Shown here: positions 1 through 10,427 of the stretch, in pieces
Layout: each line of letters begins with the position of its first letter
How positions within the stretch are numbered: the first letter of the stretch is position 1
From: Bugula neritina
Taxonomy: Eukaryota > Animalia > Bryozoa
Direction of reading: 5' to 3'
Assembly (NCBI GenBank): GCA_964035545.1
Contig: CAXIUT010000184.1
Span: 1 to 42,724 of the forward strand
Length of the DNA: 42,724 nucleotides
Made by a program: the position numbers and the translations under genes
Notes under the pieces: generated by a model
What the model saw: only the letters and a program-made list of their open reading frames with translations
Databases searched by the model: none
Told to the model about the DNA's origin: nothing

Positions 1-95
1 CCCAACCCCTCAACCCCAACCCCAACCCCAACCCCAACCCCAACCCCAACCCCAACCCCAACCCCAACCCCAACCCCAACCCCAACCCCAACCCC
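1..95 (+). repeat. Left telomere, (CCCCAA)n
   Basis: About 16 tandem C4A2 units at the window start, beginning 5'-CCCAA; one imperfect unit near 6-12. Confidence 0.97.
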
Positions 96-199
96 TATGG
101 ATGCAAAGGTATAAATATCCATAGCTTGACAATTTTAGATAAAAGGAAGGATTGTGTATAATTCTGTCTATTAAATCATGATTTTTCTATAGAAAAAAA

Positions 200-1815
200 A
201 TGAAAAAAAAATATCTGATCAAAGCTCCATCAACCAATCCATACACACACACTCTCAACTACAACTCACTCCTTAACAACTCACATCAACAAGAACCCCT
301 CCCTCGACAGTCCCACGTACGACCCACTCGACCCCTCCCTCATCGATTAGCAACCTAGCCCACAGCAGACCTGAAAGACAACAAGTAACACAAGTAACAC
401 AAGTAGTACAAGTAATACAAGTAGTACAAGTAGTACAGATAGCATCAGAATGAGAGGACATCAAAGAGAGGGAGGCGACAGGGAGTGAGAGTAGGATAAT
501 AAAGGGAAGATATCTAGTTTGTGGCAAGTAGAACAATAGCCGTTTGTTAAAGAATAATAGTCAAAATAGATTTACTCATAATGAATATCGAGCTAGTTAG
601 TTTGTGGATTGTAAAAACAAACTCGATACAACCATAGCTAACAACCGACTAAGTTAAAGCAAACTAACTCAGAAAAAATCAATTCAAAAATTACAAAAAC
701 CAGATAGGTATAAACTAAATCTGCCCACTCAGTTCAACAGAGATTCATAGTCATCTTTTTAAATGAAACCCATCAAAATGCAGAAAAATGATAATAATTT
801 CATTCCTTTGCCAGACCACCCTTTAAACTAAAACGATTTGGTTTTGGAACAACAGATAGGTAGTGGCACTTTTGGGAAAGTCTATAGCGCTAGAATCAAG
901 CAGTCAGGAATCAAAGTAGCCATCAAAACAGTAAAGCAAGATAAAAAATATAAAACTAGATAACTAGAAATAGTACAAATGCTGTCCAGTCCATTCATAG
1001 TCAAATTGCTAGGAACATTCATCACCTAAGACAACAAATACTAATATCTCAACATAGCTATGGAATCCTATTAACAAAACTTCTTCTAACTCCTCAGAAA
1101 CACCCCTCCTTCTCCTCTAGAACTCAAAGCTTACACCTACCAAATGCTCAGAGGACTGCAGTACTTGCACGGACAAGGAGTCTGCCATCGTGACTTGAAG
1201 CCTCAAAACATGCTTGTAAAGAACAAAAAGCTAGTAGTTTGTGATTTTGGATCAGCCAAAATATTAAGAACTGGAGAACAAAATATATCATACATCTGCT
1301 CTAGATGCTACCGAGCACCCCGAACTCATCTTCTAGTCGACCAACTATACCACTCAGATCGACATGTGGTCTCTAGGCTGCATATTTTTATAAATACTCA
1401 ATGGTCGGCCTCTCTTCATCGCTGACTCAAGTCTCAACCACATCTTATAAGTCATCAAAGTCCTAGGAACGCCTACCAAAGAAGACGTCCACTCAATGAA
1501 TCCACAGTACTAGCTCCACGACTACGACCTCCCCCAAATCAAACAAAAATCGTTCAAAAATGTACTTAACCTTTAATACAGATGTTTCCAGGAAATGATC
1601 CATTGTTTATCGATCTAGTACAAAAGATAGTAAGATATGCGCCATAGAAAAGACTATCAGCTGTTGAAGCTTTAGCACACCCTTTTTTCGATGAGATTAG
1701 ATAATAAAAAACATATAGATCGAAATACAAAGGATGTGAGTATTTTTTAGATTTTTCTAAATAAATTTTACCTATCACACTCAGAGATAGACTAGTGCCT
1801 AATTGGCTACAATGA
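200..1815 (+). CDS. GSK3/shaggy-like Ser/Thr kinase with low-complexity N-terminal extension
   Basis: With TAR=Glu: [78 protein letters not shown] (1813-1815). 20-nt intron at 1562-1581; apparent 1-nt indels near 455 and 1320. The start (200 vs 763) is uncertain. Confidence 0.88.
381..442 (+). repeat. 9-bp coding tandem repeat (KEH/KEY)n
   Basis: aag taa cac / aag tag tac units read KEHKEHKEYKEYKEYKEYRE in the frame of ATG 200. Confidence 0.7.
1562..1581 (+). other. 20-nt spliceosomal intron
   Basis: gtacttaacctttaatacag; removal joins ...KSFKN to MFPGNDP... and restores the kinase C-lobe frame. Confidence 0.8.
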
Positions 1816-1891
1816 ACCATAATATATTTGTTCAATTTTATTATCATCAATTCACTACTATAAACCTTATATTATCAATTAACTATAAACC

Positions 1892-2008
1892 ATTATTATT
1901 ATCTAACACCTCTGGATTATTATTATTATCTAATACCTCTGGATTATTATTATTATCTAATACCTCTTGACTATTATTATTATCTAACACCTATGAACTA
2001 TTATTATA
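1892..2008. repeat. 27-bp intergenic minisatellite, about 4 copies
   Basis: atctaa(c/t)acct core recurs at 1901, 1928, 1955 and 1982, separated by (att)n. Confidence 0.85.
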
Positions 2009-2027
2009 ATCATTGTTGATAAAGACT

Positions 2028-3669
2028 ATGCTGCCTAAAAGAAAGTTTATAAAAAAATCACATAGAGTGGTATAAAACAACAACCAATCTTAAATAACCC
2101 AACCCACTTCAATACTATAACGGCTCAGATCAACAGATCCAACACATCACTAGTAGGCATTAGCATATGTATCAAGTATGTGTTCAATTGGCAATAGTGA
2201 ATAACTTTTACCTTTGTTGATAGAATTGATATCGATATTGTATAAGGGGTCAGTGGTAGTAGTAAATCAGTGTTTGTATGCTTTGTCTAACTTGATATAA
2301 CTGGACAGCAGAATAGTATCTAAACTGTTTTAACTAAATTTATCAAAAGCTCTACTCCAGCTAAACTCATAGGACGCAAATCTTTTAAAACCAATTCTAT
2401 CACTAATGTACAACCTTCATGACCTACTACCTTAGTAATATACATTTTTAGAAAAAGGAGTATAAAAATCATTAAATGTAAACCACCTAACTTCATCATC
2501 ATCAAAATAACCAGTCCTTTCTTTTCTAAACAGAATATAAAGCGTTAATCTAACACAGTAAATGTACTAAAAAATATATCACCTCTTTAAAAATTAATCA
2601 TAGCTGCGCATCCGTTCATTGTGTGGGTCGATATTGATAAAAAACAATACAATTAGAAATAAAATTATCAAAGAATTTATCTAGTATTACTAAGAAATAG
2701 TATGCGATATTAACTTGTAGAAGGAATATCAAAAGAATATCGTGCAAAATACTAAAATATAAAAAGTAAATAAATAAAACTAAACTGACATGATAGAACA
2801 ATAAGAATAAATAGCTATCATTCAATAAAATCCCAACTATCACATCTTCAGTGATACTGTCTAAGCCATATAAACTCTACTCTAAGCTATTCTCACACTT
2901 TTATAAGACAACAACTAAGACGACTACGACATCTAAGAAGAATAGTGTTAAGGAGAGGAGTGGAATAAATAAATATAGGTTGAAGAGAAAGAAGAATAAA
3001 GTACGAGCCATCTTATCCACTTCATAGCTTAAAAATATGGAGCATTGAGTCGCAATACCCTTCTGACTTTTGCTGAGGGACAAAATGTTATTCATCTTAG
3101 TCTCAGAGTCCTCAACTATTGCAAAAATATAGATAAATAAACCCTTTCCATCATCTTACTTAAAAGTCTATAAAACATGATAGCTATCAAGCCACACCCA
3201 GAAATCCAACAGTAAATACTAGTAGTCTCTCTCCATCAACTACTCTCCTGTCCTATCCCTCCTCAAGCAAGAAACCTCATTCTAACTCTTGGGTAGTCAG
3301 TTTTACAAATCAAAGGAGTATACAAATACAGTTGGATTAATCTCTTGTAGCTGTACTCTAGACACTTCAATCCATAAAAGAACTTAGTCCATGAGCACTA
3401 GAACCAAAGAGTAGGCTTGATTCTTAAAAATTTGATAATAAACATTCCAGAACTAACTCTAGAATAATGGAGGGCACAAACCATCGACACTATCTTCGAC
3501 ATATTCTCAAACTAAAATTTTGATAGGTATCTTCAGGAACTAGGACTCTTGCCACTTCTATAAAAAGTATTGTAGCATGTGGGCAATGGTAAAAAAAAAG
3601 AAATTCATTCGAGACGTAGTCAGCGATATCGTCCGTTTTCTCCAATACAAAAAGAAAATGATGAAATGA
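2028..3669 (+). CDS. HEAT/ARM-repeat protein, HEATR3/Syo1-like
   Basis: About 546-codon TGA-free frame with one extra A in the A-run at 3591-3599. N-terminal ARM-like LYALSNL, central acidic loop (EDNNEDDYDIEEEECEGEEW), C-terminal TIDTIFDIFSNE and DIVRFLQYK resembling HEATR3 motifs. Confidence 0.62.
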
Positions 3670-3703
3670 TTTAAAATTATGATTATCTTGCCTTATAAAA
3701 CAA

Positions 3704-4003
3704 TCACAAATTTTATAGACTAGATTCGATTGCTTTCTTCTGTAAAATCCTATAACTAAAAAACAAAATCACCCCCACGCATATGATCATAATCATTATG
3801 TAAATCCAGTTGTTTTTTTGTTATTTTCTTTGACCCATAACAACACCAGCTTGTTCTCTTTAGATATTGATTCTTCTGTGCTAGTTGAGTCTTGTTCTGT
3901 CGTCTTAGTGTTTGAGAGCTTTGTGTTTGAGGTGTTTGTTCATTCTGTTATCTATTTTAGTTTGAGCTTTTGAATCGTAGTTGTATTGGTTACCTTTTTT
4001 CAT
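3704..4003 (-). CDS. Small (99 aa) hypothetical protein with one C-terminal TM helix
   Basis: ATG 4003 to TGA 3704, 300 nt open; hydrophobic segment WIYIMIMIICVGVILFFSY. Confidence 0.65.
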
Positions 4004-4011
4004 AATTATAA

Positions 4012-4833
4012 ATGAGTAAATTTTTTGTTGTTTTCTGTAAAAATGCCGTCAAACAACCCAGACTCTACCAAAGATAATTCTTTGCCCTCAAAAAACTACA
4101 ATAGTCCTCCTCTTATATGCTATAGAAATTTATCAACTAAAAAGAAGCTAGCTCGTTCTATCAAGATAAAGTAAAAGAAGAATCAGAACATAAAAGGCTA
4201 GATAGTCTTTAAACACTCAAAAAAAATCTATTACTAACCACAATAAAACAATAAAAAGAAAAGGACTCATTGAATTTGACCAATGAGAAAATATCCAATT
4301 AGTAGAAATAATAGAGGTAAAAATGGTTCAATTAGATATTAATTAATAATAAAATATTTAGATCAGCCAGTTTTAAAAGTACACCCATTTCTTTGTCTCC
4401 CTCTCTTAACTACTTAGGATATTTCGATGGCTGTAGTCGTTTCAATCCTGGCACCTCAGGCATTGGTTATCTTGTAAAATCATCCAATCAGATCTTGATT
4501 GCCAACTCTCTCTTTATAGGCATGAATAGAACCAATAACCAGGCGTAAATGATTGCTCTTGTTCTTTTGATGGGAGATAGTTACTGCAATGGAGCCACTA
4601 ATTTAAAGGTATTTGGGGATAGCAAGTTAGTGATAGATTTGATGACTGGTGCAAAATAGGCTCACAACTAATACTTGAGATCTTATCTTAAAGGTGCTAA
4701 AACTTTATAAAACAAATTCAGTAAAATATATTTCTAGCATATCAATCGAATCTATAACTCCTAGGCAGATCTGTTGGCAAATAATGCTGTCAAATATAGT
4801 AAAACACCAGGAAAAAACTCTAGAAAAGTATGA
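4012..4833 (+). CDS. Ribonuclease H1 (N-terminal hybrid-binding-like domain plus archaeal-type RNase HI domain), 273 aa
   Basis: YFDGCSRFNPG.SG.G, TNNQAE (TAA), FGDSKLV, FEHINRIYNSEADLLAN; N-terminus KFFVV...PRLY...EKFINEKEASSF resembles the Cauli_VI/HBD domain. Confidence 0.85.
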
Positions 4834-4920
4834 TATTTATGATAATAATCTCATTTATGACAAATGTAGCAATTATGACCAAATTGATATCACTATATCA
4901 TGATATTATATCTATTTATT

Positions 4921-6708
4921 ATGAATCTTACAAAAATAGTAGCACTTCTAGTGTTGATCTACTGCGGAGCAACTCTAGTAGTTCACTCTATCAATAAGAG
5001 AGCTAAAACAGGATTGCCTGAACAACTTATCGCTGGATAAATCCACTACTCACGCATACCTGTCGAATATTGGGAACACAGATTACTCACCATAAAGAGC
5101 ATGGGATTCAATGCCCTGTCAGTGTATATTATGTGGAATTACCACTAAACAGAAAAAGGAGTTTTCGACTACAAAACATAAAATAAAAATCTACCACTCT
5201 TTCTAGAACTAGCAAAAAAACATGACTTCTATGTCCTCATTAGACCAGGACCATATGTATGCGCATAGTGGGATTTCGGAGGCATGCCCGCAAGACTACT
5301 TAACGTCCCAGGACTAACTATCAGATCCAACAATGAAGTCTTTCTCGGCGAAGTCCTGCTCTATTTTAGATCTCTAGCACCTATTCTCAAGCCAAATCTA
5401 GAAAGCAATGGAGGTCCAATAGTTTTACTCCAAATATAGAACTAATATGGTTTTTATGGGAAGGATAAAAGTTATATTGAAGCTATCAGATAGATGTGGC
5501 ACTTAATTGACATAAAAACTAATTAATACTATGTTGATATTATAGAAAATATCTAGAAATGCCATTGGTCAGGAGCAAATATCGGCATTAACGATGGTAA
5601 AACAGAATAACAATATATCTTGGCAAGAAAGATGTAGCCTAATGGAATGATACTCGGAGGATAGATCTATAGTGGATGGCTTACCCATTGGGGATAATAA
5701 TTCCAAGGCAAAAATATGACACAGTATATGAAGTAGTTCTAGTTTTTATTCAAATATAATCACTCTTTTTCTATGTATATGGTTCATGGAGGCAGCAATT
5801 TTGGACTAACAGCAGGCGCCAACTCAAAAGAATCAGATAAAAAGGAAGGAGACTACGAAGCAGACATCACATCCTATGACTACGACGCGCCAATCAACTA
5901 ACAGGGATCTCCTACATAAAAATTTGATAACTTTAGAACAATGGCACAAAACTATGTAAACTGGACAATACCAGACCCACCAGCACCAATCCCAGTAATA
6001 TCAATTCAAGCATTCAAACCGTACAAAATTGCATCACTCTTCGGCAACCTCCCACAGCCAACTCTGACCAAATCAGCTCTATACCCATTCGAATCAAACC
6101 AACTTCAAATGTACAACCAAGGATTCGTTGTTTATTAAACTATTCTTAAAGCACATAAATACTAACTCACAATGGAAGTCCATGATTTTGCCATTGTGTA
6201 TATGGACAGTCATTTTGTTGGATCATTCGATCGCTCTAAGTCAGTGCTGCATCGCTTCGAGGCCAATTGCAAAAAGTAATGCAAATTGTATATTTTGGTG
6301 TAGGCTATGGGACACATCAACTTCGATCACTAAATGGAAAAAGACTACAAAGGACTGATTTCTTTCAAAGATACAAGAGGTGATAAATTTCTATGGGATA
6401 TCTATAAAATAAACGCAGATAATAAAATACTAACCTGGAGGTCTCTTAGCGATAAAAGCTACCCTTCACTGAATAGAGCCTCTTTTAGCATCTCTCAAGT
6501 AGGAGATACCTTCATCAATATCAAAAATTACAAAAAAGGATACCTATGGGTCAATGGACATCTTCTAGGCAGATATTGGAACATTGGACCAACCGAAAGA
6601 ATCTTCTGTCCAGGAGTATGGCTCAAATAAGGACCAAACGATCTCTTCATCCTCGATTTGCTCACAGATTAAAACGCATAAATAACAGGTGATAAAATTC
6701 TAAGGTGA
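4921..6708 (+). CDS. Beta-galactosidase, glycoside hydrolase family 35, with signal peptide, 595 aa
   Basis: GEIHYSR, MGFNALSVYIMWNYHE, RPGPYVCAEWDFGG, QIENEYG, EIYSGWLTHWGE, YMVHGGSNFG, TSYDYDAPINEQG, LVEAMGHINF, KGYLWVNGHLLGRYW; uninterrupted frame. Confidence 0.96.
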
Positions 6709-6742
6709 TAAATCTCAATAAAAAATTATTAATCAACCTATT

Positions 6743-7988
6743 TCAACCAATAATTCTGTCTCTTCTTCGGTTTTTCAATTCCTACAATTTAGGTCGAATA
6801 GCCTACACCTCAGGACGCTCAACCTTTCCATCCAACAAACTCACGTTCACTGTATGCGGCTCAGTCAGTCCCTGAATCGATCTGTCCAGATAGTTCCTGT
6901 CAACATACTTGCCTTCAACTGCCCTCTAAATATACTTATCTATACGTTTAACTGGTTTAAATTCAATCTGTACTCCTCCTCGTTCATATACTTTTGACCC
7001 TGCTTTGCCATCTATTTCTAATCCACCTGTCTTTTCAGCTCTTATAATATAGTTGCTTTTGTGGCTGCGGCTGGTTATCATGTTTAGATAGCATTCTTCC
7101 CAACAACCCATAAGACAACTCTTCAGGATTAATCCTCTCCTACTATCTCTTCTTCTGCTGCTGAATTATCATCTGCTGGTCAAGTATCTCCTTCATTCTC
7201 AAATTACCCATCTTCTTTTACATCTCCTTCTAGTTATTTTTCTTCAATTACTCCTCTAACTTCCTCTGCGCCTACAACTACACCTGTCTATACTAGAATT
7301 ATCTCTATCTTTGATTCTGCATCTAACTTATCCTCCGATATTGCTCCTCAATCATTGGATTCTTTCGGTATTTATGCAAATTCTAACTACTACGATGGTC
7401 AAACTTCTAAATCTGATAATTCAAATTTTGATTATTTTACATCTTCTAATACTACTTATATCTGTTTTTAGCCATCTCTTTTTCCTGTATTTGCCTGTCC
7501 AACTAATCTACCATCTTCAGCCTCTCCTGCTCTACCTTTCTCTTTCGTTACTGCTAGGCTTAATGTCCAATGTCCATAGAATAGCCATAATTATGACTTT
7601 CATACTCTGCTTGAGCCTTAGAATGAAATATTCCAGTAAACAACTCTCTATTTAATGCTGCAGCTCTCCGTCTCTTCTAAGCATCCGTGTATTTCTTCTC
7701 ATTTTAAAAGTGATCACCCTCAACTACCTTTCTAACAGTTTAGTTTGCATATAGTTTGTCTTCATCTTTCTAGCGTTTCTAGCGATATTGTTTTTAATAA
7801 ATTTGTGCTTAAAGAAACTATCTAGATAAGATGTGAAGATACTTGAGTCTATTTTTCTTTTAGTTGGTTTGTTGTTTTTAGTACATTTTGGCTCTTTTCT
7901 CTTCTAGACTTTTTTGTTCTGCAATTAGAGCCCATTCATCCACTCGACTATCTTTGCCATTAAAGGTATGACTCCTATTGAGATTCAT
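6743..7988 (-). CDS. Charged coiled-coil protein, possibly ciliary
   Basis: MNLNRSHTFNGKDSRVDEWALIAEQK... E/K/R/Q-rich over about 400 codons; one or more apparent indels near 7030-7210. Confidence 0.6.
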
Positions 7989-8643
7989 TCTTTAATTTTA
8001 TTTAGTAAATCTATCAAAAATTGATTATTAAAACAAAATTAATTATTTCCTATTGAAACAATATCATATTGAATCATTTATAAATATTAAATAAGATTAT
8101 AAAAGTATTTTTATTTGATAAAAGTCAAGTAAGATCATAGATTAATGAATATTTAAGATTATTTTTATAGTCAATATCTTATTGAATGTGGATTGTAACT
8201 CTTTATGTGGATATGAATTAATTTTAAGTTATTTTAGCTTCGATATTTTTCATCAGATTAGAACAAATCATGCATTTATAGCTAAGTAAAACTGATATTA
8301 GAATCATAAATTCAAAAGATGGAATCATAGCTATTCAAAAATATATGTTAGAGCATTGAAAGAGAAAGATAGACTGACTACTCCATGATCGAAAAGTCAA
8401 AAAATAAACATTTATTTACTCATTCAATCAAAATAAATCATAAAATATTGATAAGTACATCAAGACCAACAAGTATAGACCTTACTGAATTGTTTATGAT
8501 AACAAAGACTTTCCGAGAGCATCGACCAATATCCAAAAAGACTGGCAATAATAATAAAAATGAAGAGTAATATCACATTAAAGTAGAATAGACAACTTAG
8601 TTTCTTTTAATGGATAAGATGAGATACTTTTAAATATAAATAA

Positions 8644-10200
8644 TCAAATATGATGAAGACTTTATTTTTTAACATACAAACCTTTCTTTAACAATATTCC
8701 ACGATTTCCATAATTTTCCTTCTATTTCTTCACTTGAACAGTCCGATTTAAATTCACTGAGGACTTCCTCTGAATAGATTGCTTCTTCTTCATCGACTCC
8801 TGCTTAGGCTTCAAATAAGGACTTCTCTCTATGATCTTGCTCTGATGGAAACTCGAAGGTTTTAGATTGTTTAAATTCAGTGAAGACCCTCTCTGAGTGG
8901 TATGCAGTGATTGCGTTGGTGTTTTTTCCATTGAATGATGTAGACTCGGAGTTATAGTAGCACTGTGCATGTGTTTGCTACCATGAATTTTACCTCTAAT
9001 AGTAGTTGCAAGATTATTACTTGATTTGTTGCCTTTTCTAAGACTATTATGATAAATAGATGTTTTGCTACTATGATGAGATAGCTTACTATTACTGTTG
9101 CTTCTATAACTGAAGGGCATTCTTTTAGATGATGGTCTACTTGATTTATCTCGAATACTAGTAAATATCTATTCCTGGTATCGTTATAATTTATACTTGC
9201 GGTTGTCATTTAATTATAGAAAAACTAAGGATTTTGATTTTTTTTATAGTTAAGAATCTTTAAAATCTGATAAAAAATTACAAGATAATAGTTTTTAAGC
9301 TGTCCAACGTTTTTCAGGACGATATTCTAATAAATTCTTTAAAACATACTTTATTTCTTCACATTAAATATCCTCAAAGAAAAATTATTAAGGTTTTCTC
9401 TATATTTAGAAAAAAGATATTATCTCCCCAGCTTTAGCAGCTTTGAAAGATTCCAGCTATTCTTTAGTTGGATATCCTTTGAACTAAATCATTTTAGTAA
9501 TCTGATCAATAGTATTATTTCCTGGCAACAAAGTACGTCTGCTGTACAACTAATAGATCAAACACCCAAGACTCCACATATCACTCTGCGTCGAGTACTA
9601 CTTACTGCCTAGAAGCACTTAAGGAGCCCTATACCACCTGGTAGCAATAAATTAAGTCATGACAGGCTAATTAAAATACTTAGAATGTAGTGTTCTCGAC
9701 AATCCGAAATCACAGACCTTAATCTAACAACTAGTATTAATTAGTATGTTGGATGGTTTGAGATCACGATGCAGTACTCCAGCAGAATGTAAGTAAGATA
9801 AGGCACAACCCAATTGATACACTATGAATTTTTTATGCATTGAATCTAGTAACCTGTTCTTTATGGCCTTGAAAACGTCGCTTTCTAAATTTTAAAAGAG
9901 AAGGTAGATATCGTTGCTATTCGGAACCGGATAAATCGATTTTAAGGAGACTACGTTTGGATGCTGAATCTGCTTGAGAAGAGATATCTAGCGGTATACT
10001 CTTTGAGCATCTGTGCTATTTTGAAAAGCTAGGAAGACCTTTTTGATAGCATAGATTGTTCGAGATTGGCGATGGCGTACTTTCCAAACATGGCCATATG
10101 CTCCACTTCCCACCTTAGCCAAGATCTAGAACTGAGCCTTGATAGACTAATCGAGATGCGCATGGGACTAGCTGGATGGATCTGTAGATTCTGAACTCAT
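8644..10200 (-). CDS. MAP kinase, ERK7/MAPK15-like, 518 aa
   Basis: GSGAYGHVWK, AIKK, FQNSTDAQRVYREI, HRDLKPSNIL, CDFGLSR, MTEFIATRWYRAPE, DMWSLGC, LNDNRKY, Ser/His-rich tail; 1557 nt open. Confidence 0.92.
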
Positions 10201-10427
10201 CAAAGAAATATTAATAGAAATCGAAACAAGAGCATTTCAAAAGTCAATACAAAGAAGTCAAACTAACATCAATAAATAATAATCAAAAAGGATTTATCTT
10301 CATTCATCTATGAGTAAATATCTAATTTCTGTCAATACTTTATACCGTAGCTACTTTTCGAATTCTATTCTTTAGAAATTATAATATATAGCAGTATTTC
10401 AATATTTAGACTATAGAACTATCTTTA

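Noticed and set aside
273-536. Cys/Thr-rich (CTTCTTC) metallothionein-like ORF on the minus strand
   Set aside because: It is the antisense reading of the 9-bp KEY repeat in the kinase N-terminus.
1892-2008. CRISPR-like array
   Set aside because: Head-to-tail repeats without unique spacers, eukaryotic context, no cas genes.
1318-3600. Programmed ribosomal frameshifting (Euplotes-like) at frame breaks near 1320 and 3595
   Set aside because: The breaks lie in homopolymer runs (CCCC, A9) with no shared slippery-plus-stop motif; long-read indel errors are the simpler explanation.
4400-4800. RNase H as part of an LTR retrotransposon
   Set aside because: No RT, integrase, gag or LTRs; it is a stand-alone gene with an HBD-like N-terminus between ordinary genes.
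7990-8640. Possible small gene or ncRNA in an unusually long gap (ORF-track 8385-8570)
   Set aside because: No recognisable motif, consistent frame or RNA structure; left unannotated.
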